A program made the position numbers and the translations under genes. A stretch of 64,000 nucleotides of DNA from Eledone cirrhosa (lineage: Eukaryota): NCBI GenBank assembly GCA_964016885.1, contig OZ024741.1:237088001-237152000 (forward strand), written 5' to 3'. A model generated the notes under the pieces. That model ran no database searches, was not told the origin of the DNA, and saw nothing but the letters and a program-made list of their open reading frames with translations. The first letter of the stretch is position 1; every line of letters begins with the position of its first letter. Shown one piece after another: positions 38,864 through 50,717 of the stretch.

Positions 38864-39255
38864 GTTCAATTCTCGGACCGGGTGATGTGTTGTTTCCTTG
38901 AGCAAGACACTTTATTTCACATTGCTCCAGTTTACTCAGCTATAGAAATGAGATGATAGGGACTGGGGTCTCTATCATTCCACTGCAAAGTGGTCGTGCA
39001 GGTGCCACGGCAAAAAAGCGCCCAGCCCACACTATAAAGTGGACGTGTAGGCGCCACGGAAAAAAGCACCCAGCTTTCACTGTAAATGAGGTTGGTGTTA
39101 GGAAGGGCATCCAGCTGTAGAAATCAAGCCAGAATCAGTTCCCATATGAGCAAGATAAGGTCAGCCGACCGGACACTGCCCACCACAGGACAACCCGTCT
39201 AACCCATGCTAGCGTGGAAGAAGGGACATAAAAACGGTGATGATGATGATGATGA
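38860..39255 (+). mobile_element. 5'-truncated SINE with the same head/body as 36898 but an RTE-related (GAT)n tail
   Basis: 38860-38941 near-identical to 36950-37031; the sequence then diverges into the GGAAGGGCATCC module and AACCCATGCTAGCGTGGAA...GATGATGAT. Confidence 0.88.
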
Positions 39256-39299
39256 AGATATATATATATAAAGGCTTCTATTAATAAGAGAATTTAGGT

Positions 39300-39345
39300 A
39301 AACTACTGTTTAGTTGTGTTGTCGAAACTGATGTTACAGGTGAGT
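39300..39345 (+). promoter_or_regulatory. Candidate first-exon splice donor for ZNF gene 3
   Basis: Consensus CAG|GTGAGT (exon end 39339) in a locally CpG-rich stretch; candidate acceptor at 43850. Confidence 0.4.
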
Positions 39346-39774
39346 TCGGCTCAAAGATGACAAAGTGGCATCGAGTTCACCGAGGTGTCCTGTGTGCAGA
39401 TGACATGGTGCGCTGCGCAGCGAAAAGGGGAGTTTGGGGAGATCAAAGCAGTTCTTCGTGAGAAATAGCACGAGATGGGAGTCTTTGAAGAGTAATCTGT
39501 TAGTCCTGATTGTCATTATTTATTTTTAAAAAATAAAAAAAATAGAATGAAATTAAAAGATACGAGTTTACGTTTAACCAACTACAAACGCAAAGTGAAA
39601 GTATTCAGTAAACGAATGGGACTATGCATTAATGAAAGTTTTTTTTTCTAATTTCATCAACATAGTCGTAATCTACAGCATAGAAAACGTATCCTTGCAA
39701 AATTCATTTAGAAAAATATCTATTATTAAGAAAGTTATGAGGAAACAAAGTTGCGCTAAGATCATTAAAGTAAA

Positions 39775-39857
39775 TATAGGGTGTTCCCTAAAAATGTATA
39801 CACACTTCAACAGCATTCTAATAATAGTGGGTATACATTTTTTTGGGACACCCTGTA
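39775..39857. mobile_element. ~80-bp Tc1/mariner-like hairpin MITE
   Basis: TA|TAGGGTGTTCCCTAAAAATGTATACACACT ... AGTGGGTATACATTTTTTTGGGACACCCTG|TA: near-palindromic with TA flanks. Confidence 0.8.
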
Positions 39858-41459
39858 TTGCTGTTTATTTTAAATTAGAACATATTTAATAGCGTGGAAC
39901 AATTTCCCTCTTACACCGCTTTCAACGCTAAACATGTATGATTTTACTCGGTATGTTTCAGAGTTATTACATTTCTTCAAACTGTATTTATTTCTTCTAT
40001 CTTGAAATTATCAAAATTTGTAAATGATTAAGAAGTTGTTCTCATCTCCCTCGCCTCATATATGATTTATGTTTTCATTTATATATTTATTTACTTTGTA
40101 AACCGATCAAAAGATCAGTTTGCTGTTATTTTCATTATTGAAAATATCGCTATTTATTTTTCATAACACTTTCGTGCCATTATTTAAACTACGTTTTAAC
40201 ATTTAAAGAAATGTACAATGTTGCTGTTGACTTTTGTGCATTTAGACATATCCCATCCTTGATATTAAATCGCAAAATAAAAATAAAATATCTCGTCAGT
40301 TTCACCCTTTTCCTCCGTCACGTGCGTGTGAGCGGAGCATTTAAAATAAATTTGGTGAATACGACGAGATATTTTCATTTTCCTTTTCGAGCTATGTTGT
40401 CAACAATAGCCGTCCTTTGACACATAGGAGATGTTGGAATATTAAATCAACTTCAATAATAGTAATTACATAGCTGTAGTGTTGTGTATACTCCATCTCC
40501 AGACCCCACACTAATCACTGCATCCAACCATTCCTTCTTTTCCACAACGCCACTCGCCTTCTGGAATTCTCTCATCGACTATTGTTTCATGGCAGTGGTC
40601 AACTTGCAACTATTCAAGAGAAAGATTAACCATGTTCTCACCGGTCTTGGAAAACCCACTCTATGTTTTACAATATTACAGTTAAATTAAAGTTTTAAAC
40701 TCGGTCATCATCACCGTTAACACTGTTTTACATGCTTGCATGGGTTAGACGGGTTGTCACGTTGTAAGGCTAGACATGTCAGATGACCATGTCTTGCTCA
40801 AATGTTCTGTTTTAGGATTGGTTTCTACGGATGGATGACCATCTTTATGCTAATCACTTTACAGCGTGTACTGGGAGCATTTTCGTGGCACCTTAGGTGT
40901 ATTTTATCATGTAACCAGCACTACCCCATTACAACATTAGGGTGCTCGTGTCCTTTGCTTGCTAAGTTATGAGGTCATTCTACAGAGTGAAAGCATGTGT
41001 CAATATTGCGGTGGCCTTGAAGTGCCAATATTGCACCTGGCAATATGTTGTGGAACATATCCGACTTTTCATGTAGACAAAAGTTAGACAAGGAAAGTGA
41101 ATTAGGGATGCAGATGGTTGTGGGTAGCACATCATCATCATCATCATCAATATTAACAGCAATTTCATTTCATAGTGCCCCTTGTGTTATAGGCAACGTT
41201 TCATTTTGGGGATTTGAATCTTTAAACTAAGTTTTACATTGAACATAAGATTCCCTCTGCTCTAAAAGCCAAAAAATAAACTCTGTTGTCAGATGGAAAA
41301 CAAAAGTAAAAAAAAAAGGTTGAGTCAAATGAAATATAGAAAATATATTAATTCATGTATAAATGGAATGTATGATCAAGACATGGGCCTTCTCATCCAG
41401 TCACAGACTGTGATAACCTGTCGAACCCATGCTAGACATAAAATGATGATGAAGTATAT

Positions 41460-41655
41460 ATCATCATTTTTACATTTGGTTTTCCATGGTTGCATGGGTT
41501 GGACAAGTCCTCTCAAAAGCAGCATATCCCCTCTTTTGCTTTTGTATTCCTTTATCATCTCCTTTGTGAGGTTCAGCATCTTGAGATTAGCTTGTACTAC
41601 CACTTCTGCCCACATTTCCCTAGGTCTTTCTCTTCTACAGTTTCCTTCTACTTGA
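41460..41655 (-). mobile_element. RTE LINE extreme 3' fragment
   Basis: VEGNCRRERPREMWAEVVVQANLKMLNLTKEM followed by CCAACCCATGCAACCATGGAAAA...ATGATGA. Confidence 0.75.
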
Positions 41656-41698
41656 ACATTTTCACCTGTCATCATTTCATGTTAATATCAGTGCCCAC

Positions 41699-43728
41699 CA
41701 GAGTTGGTTCTATTTGCCTTTAATTTGACTTTTCTGTACATTTGGTACCACATCCGGATTTTTTGGTACTTTTTAGAAATTGTATTTGCTTTGCGAATCT
41801 GGCTTAATTGATATTCTGAAATCACAATTTAATGATTTATCATTTATTAGCGAATTTTCCATCGAGAAGCTGTTCATTAAATGTATTTGCCCATCAGATC
41901 TCGTATGACATCAATAACTCTTCTGTGTAGCATTTCAAATCAGTAGCCAACCACCTTCTGTATAATTATGGTAGCTAATAATAATGCATTATTCACTCAC
42001 AATCGATCAGTGGACATTTTACACAAGGACATCTAAATATAGATGGATTAAAATGAATTCTTGGAAGACAACTGTTCAAGTAGTCGTGTCACAGCATGCA
42101 GTGTACTTTTGTGGTGTCATCTTTCAATATCTGAACTGTTTTTCTTTTTTGAGAAACATTTTGCATCCCTTCCGAGTGGGGAAAAAAGTGAATATAGAAT
42201 ATCATTCTGATAGTGAGGAAAATGACACTCCCCTGAAGAAAAAACTGAGATCCAGTTTTTATGAAAGAAAAGTTCCATCAATATTACTAAATGATGAGAA
42301 ATTTTCATCATGGTTGGAATTGAGTAAAAACAAAACACAAGTAAAGGCTACTATAAATTGTACAATTGTGAGATAGCTTAAGTCAAGTAGTAAGGCATGT
42401 AGAGATAGAAAAACAATAAGAATGCAAAAGTAGCGAAACAAACAGTGAAGGTGACAGATTTCACAAAGTCTGCTCAATGTTCTACTCAACAAAAATAGCA
42501 TCAGATGAACTGTGCGGATTTATTCTTGAGCACAACCTACCTATTGCTATTTTGGATCATTTGCTTGGCCTTATTGCCAACGTAGGCTCTAATTTAAACA
42601 TTGCCAAAGAAGTGCACAAAAACTAAAGGAACTTGCATTTTTTCCAATGTCATTGGTCCTCATGCTTTCAATAGTTTATTGTCTAAGCTAAATTCAGCAA
42701 AGTTCTCCCTTATTGTAGATGAAACAATGGATATTTCTACCAACAAGCAACTTGTTCTAGTAGATTTAGACCTGGCCAATGTTATTGAAGGTAAACCAAA
42801 ACTGATCATATCACTAGCAATGAAATTTTCCATCCTTGTGCATGAAGACCAATATAAACAAATAAATAGAGAATGGAGGGAATTAACTCTGCAAGATGCA
42901 TCTCTAAATGAGACAAAATGAGCCTGAGAAATACTGGTTTCTTGTTTCTTAAGAAAAATGTGGTAACATATATCGCTACCTATTACTATCTAAGTTCATG
43001 ATGCAACTTCTTTAATTGTTACATTAGCATCTGCAGAAAGAGTTTTTTTCCCTTCTCAATAACATTAGAACAAAAAATTGCAAAGCTTCAAAAACATCAA
43101 CATTAACTGCCCTGCTAAAATCAAAGTCTCTGCTGCAAAATGTTGACTGCACTAAGTGGCATCTACAACAGCAACCTTATCTCAAACTACAAGAAAGAAA
43201 CTAATACAACAAGAAAAATGTGGAAGAAGTCATTTCTTTTTTAATTAAAATATATAAAGTAAATGTTGTCATCATAATCACCATTCAACATCCATTTTTC
43301 CACACTAGCATGGGTTAGACGAGTTATCCTATTGTGAGACAAGTCAGATCAGATGACCATGTCTCACTTATACAGAACTGTTTCTGTTTTGATTTCTACA
43401 ACTGGATGCCCTGCCTAATGCCAACCACATTTACAATGTGGACTGGGGGCTTTTACCGTGGCCCCAAAATGACCATTCTATAGTGTGGACTGGGGGCTGG
43501 GATGGTGAAGGTGAGTGTATGTAGAGTGGGGATTGGAGAAGTAGGTCTAGGATGGAGCACTTAGCTGGTGAAGGGTGGAGTGTTAGGGCGTGGATGAAGA
43601 GTGGAGTGTTAGGCCGTGGGTGAAGGATGGAGTGTTAGGAGGTAATTGAATTTGGTACGTTTTTATATATTTTGATACCTTTTAAACAAAGTTTTTGGTA
43701 CTATTGAGAAAAGGTTTTGGCAACCCAG
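41699..43728 (+). mobile_element. Internally deleted hAT DNA transposon with transposase pseudogene
   Basis: Perfect 8-bp TSD GTGCCCAC (41691-41698 and 43729-43736); imperfect TIRs CAGAGTTGG / GGCAACCCAG; subterminal TTTGGTAC repeats; transposase remnants KFSLIVDETMDIS (~42700) and SAERVF (~43030); nested SINE tail at ~43268-43470. Confidence 0.9.
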
Positions 43729-43962
43729 GTGCCCACTTTGTTTTTATTTATTTTTCCCTCATCCTTTGCACAATGTCTCTCTACCATACAACATTGCACT
43801 ACAAACACAAGCATTATAAAAACTACCCTTTGTTTTCTTTATACTTCCAGGTAATTTTCTGCTGTCAAAATTACACTGAAGTGTAATCCATCCTTCATTT
43901 GAAGCATTATTCCTGCTCAGTTTATTTTGCTTCATTTATCATTTGGTTCCATCACATTAAGA

Positions 43963-44658
43963 ATGGAGAGTGAAAATAACCCTGCAGGTTCTGTGAAAAC
44001 CTACATGTGTGAAGCGTGCAACCTAGATTTCAAACATTTTCATGAATGGAAGCAGCACTTGAGTACACATCCAGTCACCAAGTATGAATGCAATTTTTGT
44101 TTTTCTTCTTATTCAAACAAAACGAATTTCTGGGACCATATCAAAACCCACACCACCTCTTCAACAGCTATCAAATACTTTTGTTCAAAATATACTTCTG
44201 AGGAGAGAGAACAGTTTCTGCAAGAAAAGAATCAAAAAGCTCCCTCTAAAAAAGATACTGTTGAAGGCAACACTGATTTTGAACCATTGGAAAAGGGGAA
44301 TTCAGTTTCTAATTTTGATACCATGGCAGAACATTCTGAAATATCTGTAGAAGAAGAATTAAACATGATTGTTGATGATGATAGTCATGATGGTGATAAC
44401 CTTGATGATGATGTGAACTCTGATGAGAACCTAGAGGATGAAAAACCCGATGATAAAAATCTTGATAATGAATCTCAACCCCAATCTGCTGAAGCAGCAG
44501 CAAAACTGTGCATGTGTAACTTCTGTGACAAGTCTTTCCCTAGTCCCTTTTTGTTCAAAATACATTTAAAAAAACACTGTTTGCCATTGACTTACCTGCA
44601 GGTAAAATGTCTAGGTGAGCCAATGTCTTTGGGTATCCTTGTTGGTAAATCTGATTAA
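43963..44658 (+). CDS. C2H2 zinc-finger protein (2 N-terminal fingers, acidic spacer, 1 further finger)
   Basis: CEAC..HLSTH, CNFC..HIKTH, D/E-rich tract, CNFC..HLKKH; ATG at 43963, acceptor at 43850. A possible donor CAG|GTAAAA at 44601 means the true C-terminus may differ. Confidence 0.82.
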   Translation: MESENNPAGSVKTYMCEACNLDFKHFHEWKQHLSTHPVTKYECNFCFSSYSNKTNFWDHIKTHTTSSTAIKYFCSKYTSEEREQFLQEKNQKAPSKKDTVEGNTDFEPLEKGNSVSNFDTMAEHSEISVEEELNMIVDDDSHDGDNLDDDVNSDENLEDEKPDDKNLDNESQPQSAEAAAKLCMCNFCDKSFPSPFLFKIHLKKHCLPLTYLQVKCLGEPMSLGILVGKSD

Positions 44659-44684
44659 TGGCCAGAAATAATCGCAGATGATGC

Positions 44685-45320
44685 TCAGAAAAGGGAGTAG
44701 TGTGCCACACATGAATGTATCTACCTGTGGGATAGAAAAGGGGGCAGTGTGTCACATACCTGTTTAACAGAAAAGGTGAGAAATCTATCACACATATATG
44801 TATCTGCCTGTTTAACAGAAAAGGTGAGAAGTGTATTACACATATATGTATCTACCTGTTGAACAGAAAAGGGGAGAAGTGCATTACACATATATGTATC
44901 TGCTAGTTTGACAGGAAAGTTGGGGTGTGCATGTGTGTGTACCAAATATGAATGTTTCTTCTTTGTTTGACAGAAAAAGAGGGAAGTGTGTCACACATAT
45001 ATGTACCTGCCAGTTTGACAGAAAAGTTTGGGGATGGTGTACCACACACAAATGTCTCTGCCTGTGTAATAGAAAGGGGCAATACAAATATATTTGTCTG
45101 CTGACAGAAATTTCAATGTACCAGATAAAAATGCATTTACATGCTTGACAGAAATTGAAGTGAACTGGACACAAATGTATTTATCTGTCTGACAAAAATT
45201 ACAGTGTACCAGACACTAGTGTGTGTTAGTCAACACTACAATGTACCAGACACAAGTGTATGTCAGTCAACACTACAGTGTACCAGATACATGTATCTAG
45301 TTACTGGTAGAGAAGGCAGT
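44685..45320. repeat. Degenerating 48-bp minisatellite
   Basis: Unit ~TTTAACAGAAAAGGTGAGAAGTGTATTACACATATATGTATCTACCTG at 44763, 44811 and 44859, decaying to shorter units by ~45300. Confidence 0.85.
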
Positions 45321-47029
45321 GCACCCAACTAAATGCCATTCTATCCAGGATCAATAATGACCTATTGAAATTTATATAAAGCAATCATTATATTCTCCTG
45401 AGCAGTGAAACATTGATTTTTTCAATATTAAAAAAAAGCAAACAGTTTTATAATAAAAATATTCATTTCTTTTAAAATAAAACAAAATAAATGTTCTCAT
45501 CAGTCCTTTGTTGTTGTTTAAAACAAGGTTTGCTCTGATTGAACAAGTTTATGACCAAAGATGTTACGGCCATGCCCATCCCCACTGCTCTACCATTATC
45601 ATTGTATAACAAATGTACATTTTCTATTTACATATATTGGTAATAAACCAAGTCTTTGTAAAACGTGTGATGAAAACTTCTAAGAAAGTAAGTACAAAAG
45701 GACAGTTTTGGCATCTTCAGATGAAAATGAAACTAACCAGTTTTGTTTCATTATTATAAAATATTTTATCAGAATTCTCCTCTCTATATTTAAATACCCC
45801 ACTTTAGACCCCCTCGCATTCATATCCTTGATTGGAAAGATGGATGACTCCCTCCTATACACACACACAATGTGCAACCAAACATCACTCACTTTCTTCA
45901 AGGCCACCTCGACAACCCAATGCTTACTCTCTCGCCATCTTCTATTGAGTTGACTCCTTCCCTCAGTAAGCAATATGTAGTATTCCCCCAGCCTGGTTGA
46001 GGACACAACAAACACCCTGGCATTGTTAACTGGTAATGCTGATGCTACAATAAAATGCACCCAGCCTACTCAGTGAAGTGGGAATCTTGGTGCCATGATA
46101 AAATGCATCCAGTTCACTCTGTAAAGTGGTAGTGCTAGTCAATCATTGAATTCACCAGGTTGTTGCTGGAGAAAGTACCACTGCAGGTCACATCCCTGAG
46201 GCTTACCACCTCGAAACAGAGTTTGTGATACCATCCGTTTGGATTAATCTCACTGGTTCTAGTTGCGAATTGAAAATCAGCAATATTCAAATCATGCTTA
46301 ATGATTTCATCAAGAGCAGCATAGTAGCACATGGAGTCCAAACGTGTTCACTGTGAATCTGCAACATTTGTGTTGCTTGCAGATTCAAGAACTGAGTCTG
46401 AAGAAAATACAGATAGTGAAATATATTGGTTTGTTGTAAAGAACAGAGAAAAATCTAATGTTTTGGTCAGAATCATTCATTGTTAGAGAGAGAGATGATA
46501 CTGAATAGAGGGATAAATTGGTGTAGTGGGAAAAAGAGAGAGAAAGATAAAAGAAACTAATAAAGAATTTGAGTGGGGATAAAAAAATTGTGTGAGAAAA
46601 AGAAAATAGAGTAATGACTAAAGTGGTGATGATGGTAAAGAATCAGGAAGACAGGAGGTAATAATGCACTGACAAATCTGAAATAAAAGATTGACAGCAG
46701 AATTTTGTAAATTTATTTTCAATTTTCTATTGATATAAACTTTCACTTCAGTGTTGCTGATGCCAGCTACATCTGGGTTTAACCACTTCAAAATCTCAAG
46801 AAATTCTTTATGCTTTGAGGAAATTTCTATATGGTTACTCGACCTGCTAAAAATTGAAGCCAAATCACTGCTGTCTTAACAAAAGGAAGGACACATTAGA
46901 TAATGTAGACCTATATACATTATATCTGAAAGTGAGATGAGATGGTCATGGTTGAAATGTCTTTAATGATAGGTCTGTTTGACCTGTGGTTAAATAAGTG
47001 ATAAGAACTTAGAATCATGGGCAAAGTGA

Positions 47030-47242
47030 TTAACCCTTTAGCATTTAAACTGGCCAGAATTCTCTCACCTCTCTCTCAAACTGGCCATAACTGGATGCTT
47101 ATACTTATGTTGAGGTATTCTCAAAATAAATAATATCAAAATCTCATAGATTTGATATTATGTGAGATAATTATGTAAGATAAAGCCTTTACTGTGAAAA
47201 TATAATAGTAAATATAGAGTAATGTAAATGCTAAAGGGTTAA
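47030..47242. mobile_element. piggyBac-like MITE family A, copy 1
   Basis: TTAA|CCCTTTAGCATTTA ... TAAATGCTAAAGGG|TTAA. Confidence 0.88.
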
Positions 47243-47849
47243 AGCAATATTCCAAAATCCAACCCAGTGGCCTTGAAGAATAGTTGAGGGGTAGAATAGA
47301 GGGCACAGTTTATTCAGTTTTTGAGTTGTACTTATCATCATCATCATTTAACATGTTTTCCCTGTTAGCAACACCTATGAAATACTGCTCCCTTATCTGG
47401 GATGGTGCTGTTGATACACATACAGACACACTTGACTGCACCCAGAGAATTATGTTCATCATTTAATGCCCACTTGCAAGTGTTGGACAGGTCATCAGCA
47501 GACTGTGAAAGTACTGAACCCACAGATGGGCTGGGAGCCAGCATCTCGCTTACATCTGTTCCTGCACTATATTGATTACTGAGACAGGTCAGCAGTCTGC
47601 AACTTATTTAAATTGAGCTTGCACACTACCAAATCTATTTTATTGTGACACTAGTTCTAATGAGGTTGTCATGTCACTGATGCAACTCAAGAGTCCTCCC
47701 AGCCCTGTGTTTGGCATGTTTTCTAGGGCTGGATGCCCTTCCTATCACCAGTTGAAACTAAAACAATTACTGCATGGAGGAATCATTGAAGCCATTTAGA
47801 AACACAATATTATTCATCAGTTTTTGTGTATTTCTGAATGGCTAAAATG

Positions 47850-48565
47850 CACTTGATAAATTTGATGCTGAGTGTTGCATGGCTGGTATGAAAATCAGTG
47901 CTGCAAAAACTGAGACACTCACCTCGAGGAAGCCTGTGCAGTGCACTCTACATGTTCCACTGAAGCAGCTAAAGAAGTTCAAATATCTTGGGGCCATGTT
48001 CACAAGTGATGAAAGGCAAGAGGCTGAATTAAGTGCAAGAATTGCCGGAGCTGGTGCAGTAATATGCCAGCTTCAGTATTTAGAAGAAGGGAGGTAGGCG
48101 TAAAAGCCAAACTCACTATCTTCAATTCTGTAATTGTGCCAACCCTTACTTATGGTCATAAATTTTGGGTAATGACCGAAAGAATAGGATCACGAATACA
48201 AGCAGCCGAAATGAGGTTCCTCCAAAGAGTCTTTGGAATAATATTACTTGATAGAGTGCATAGCTTGGAGATCACAGTCGCATCAAGTAGAGCTGCTACT
48301 TCTCCGAATTGAGAGATCACAGTTTCAATACTATGGGAATGTGGTTAGAATGTCTCAGAAATGAATCGTTGGACAGATTTAATGGGCAAAACCAACTGAC
48401 AGGAGACCCAGAGCAAGATGGCTGGATAACATCCATGAGCTTGGCTCATCCCACTTGGGGATCCAGCCAGATCAGTTGGAGATAGTTGCTTCTAACAGTA
48501 TCCGCTGGAGGGAGTGTTTGAGGAGTCTGTCCTCATGACCCTCTCAGGAGTAAGCAGCGAAGAAG
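47850..48565 (+). mobile_element. 5'-truncated RTE LINE (third family), 3' portion
   Basis: MKISAAKTE, KFKYLGAMF, PTLTYGH..WVMTER...IQAAEMRFL; frameshifted. Confidence 0.85.
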
Positions 48566-48848
48566 CTAAAATTACTCTTCCACACAGTAATTGTTTATTC
48601 AGTACTACTAATTGTCAAAAGAGATTTGGCGTATCAAAAACAAGAAATTCAATTTCTATTTCCTAAGATACTATCTGAACATTTCCAGTGCCAGCAAGAT
48701 TGCAGAAAGGCCAGTTGTTATAGGAAGTTTACAGTGTCAGAAATGTTCTAAAAAGGCCAGCAGTTCTAGAAATTTTCTGAAGAAGGAAAATTCCATTTGT
48801 GACAACAGTTTTACCCTTCTCATGCTGTCCTTTTATCCATTGCCTGGC

Positions 48849-49383
48849 TTAACCCTTTTGATACCAAATCGCCTGAAAATACTCTTCTGTTTATCTTCAT
48901 CATCATCACCATTTTATGTCCATTTTCCATGCTTACATAGGTAAGACAGGTTGTTGCATTCTGAGGTCAAACAAATTAGATGACTGAGTCTTCCATTTTT
49001 GGCTTGGTTTCTTCGTCTATAAGTTCAATTATATGTTGTGATATAGGATTCTTTCTGATAGCCCTTTCACAAATTGACTTTCCTGCAAAACCACCTATTC
49101 TAGCCTTTGATAGCTTTTCCTTAGCAGTTCTCAGAATTAAAGACTGTTTACCATGAGAACTTGATAGTGTTGGATCACACTTAATTCTCTCCAATTGCTT
49201 GTTTAGATTTATCTAAAAGCCTTCCATCATAATTTTATGTAAGAACCTTTGTTAAATTATGTTCCAAACACCAGTTTAACTATAAGTTAGTTATATTACT
49301 AAATCCCTAAATTTCAAAATTCTAAAGTATTTGAAAACTATAGGCAGTGTGTTTCATTAGAAATATTTTAACAAGAGGGTTAA
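48849..49383. mobile_element. piggyBac-like MITE family B, interrupted copy
   Basis: TTAA|CCCTTTTGATACCAA start identical to 58894; ends GAGGG|TTAA; SINE-tail insertion at ~48895. Confidence 0.6.
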
Positions 49384-49570
49384 CACTACCATTCGGTCTT
49401 TGAATGCCTTTAGCAATCAGGCTAGCACTCCCTTCCTCCCACCAGTCTTCGAGGCCTTGAAAAGGATCATGGGCACTAATCTTGATTTTTTTTTCTTTAC
49501 TGTTGGAAAGGAAGGAGGTTATTCTCAAACTGAAGACCTGGCAAGAATGCTTGCAACAGCGCGAAATCTA

Positions 49571-49789
49571 TTAAACCTTTAGCATTTAAACCAGTCTTAC
49601 CTGGCCAGAATTCTCGCACCACTTTCTGTTCAAACCGGCTGCTCATACTGATGTTAAGGTATTGTTCTCAAAATAAATAATATCAAAATATCATAGATTC
49701 AATATTATGTGAAATAATTATGTGAGGTAAAGTCTTTACCATGAAAATACAATAGTAAATATAGAGTAATGGAAATGGTAATGGGTTAA
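49571..49789. mobile_element. piggyBac-like MITE family A, copy 2
   Basis: Colinear with 47030-47242 and flanked by TTAA. Confidence 0.85.
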
Positions 49790-50350
49790 AGGCATCCAAG
49801 GTTCCAGATGATGATGCTAAACTGGGCAATGTATAAAGTCTACCAGCCAACAACCAAGTAAGCCACAGTAGAATTTGAATTCAGAATGCAAAGAGTTAGA
49901 GCAAAGGTTCTCAACCCATTTCAACCAAACGGCCCCTTTTGCCCCTCAAAATCACGAAACGCCCCCTACTCTATTTTTCCATTTTTCAATATACTACTGA
50001 TTTTAATATCAGTAGATTACTGGGCCAAATCAAGTTATGTTAGAATCTTTAAAAAGATCTTTAAAAAATACTCGTATGAATTAAATACAAAAAAGTTTCA
50101 GTTCAAAACAAAAGCAAGCTATTTCAAATTATATATTTAAAAAAAAAAGACGTGAATGTTCTCAAAGATTTGATCTCAGTTGAAAAGGCTTCTTTTTTTT
50201 TAAATTCTATATTTCACTGTTAGCTGTTGTAATATTTTGAGTGGATAGACAATTCTACAATTCAAATTGTAAAGTCAAAATACAAAAGATGCAAAATATG
50301 AATAAATTCAAACACAAATGCAAAAAAATACACTGACAAATATACATATA

Positions 50351-50470
50351 TACGACGCGTTTCTTTTAGTTTCGGTCTATCAAATCCACTCACAGGGCTT
50401 TGGTTGGCCCGGGCAGTGGGACTGAACCCGGAAACATGTGGTTGGGAAGCAAGGTTCTTGTCACACTGCG
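50351..50470 (-). mobile_element. Internally deleted tRNA-head SINE
   Basis: Minus-strand B-box-like GGTTCAGTCCC; CAAATCCACTCACA block also seen at ~60470-60625. Confidence 0.7.
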
Positions 50471-50717
50471 CATATATATATATATATGCATGTGTGTGTT
50501 ATCAAATTAACAATGAAAATAAAAATAAAAAAGTCAAGTTACTTTATAACTTTGCTTTTTTTTTATTGTTAATTTAAAACCTAATATCTGACTCAGTATC
50601 TAAAGAATTAATTCAGCGAAACACAGAACTTCTCTATGGATTTTAGAAGATTACATTGAGTTCTATCCAGAGGTAGACCAGACTGAAAAAAAAATATATA
50701 TATATGTGTGTGTGTTT

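Noticed and set aside
44685-45320. Regularly spaced repeats as a possible CRISPR array
   Set aside because: Contiguous degenerate tandem units without unique spacers, eukaryotic context and no cas genes.
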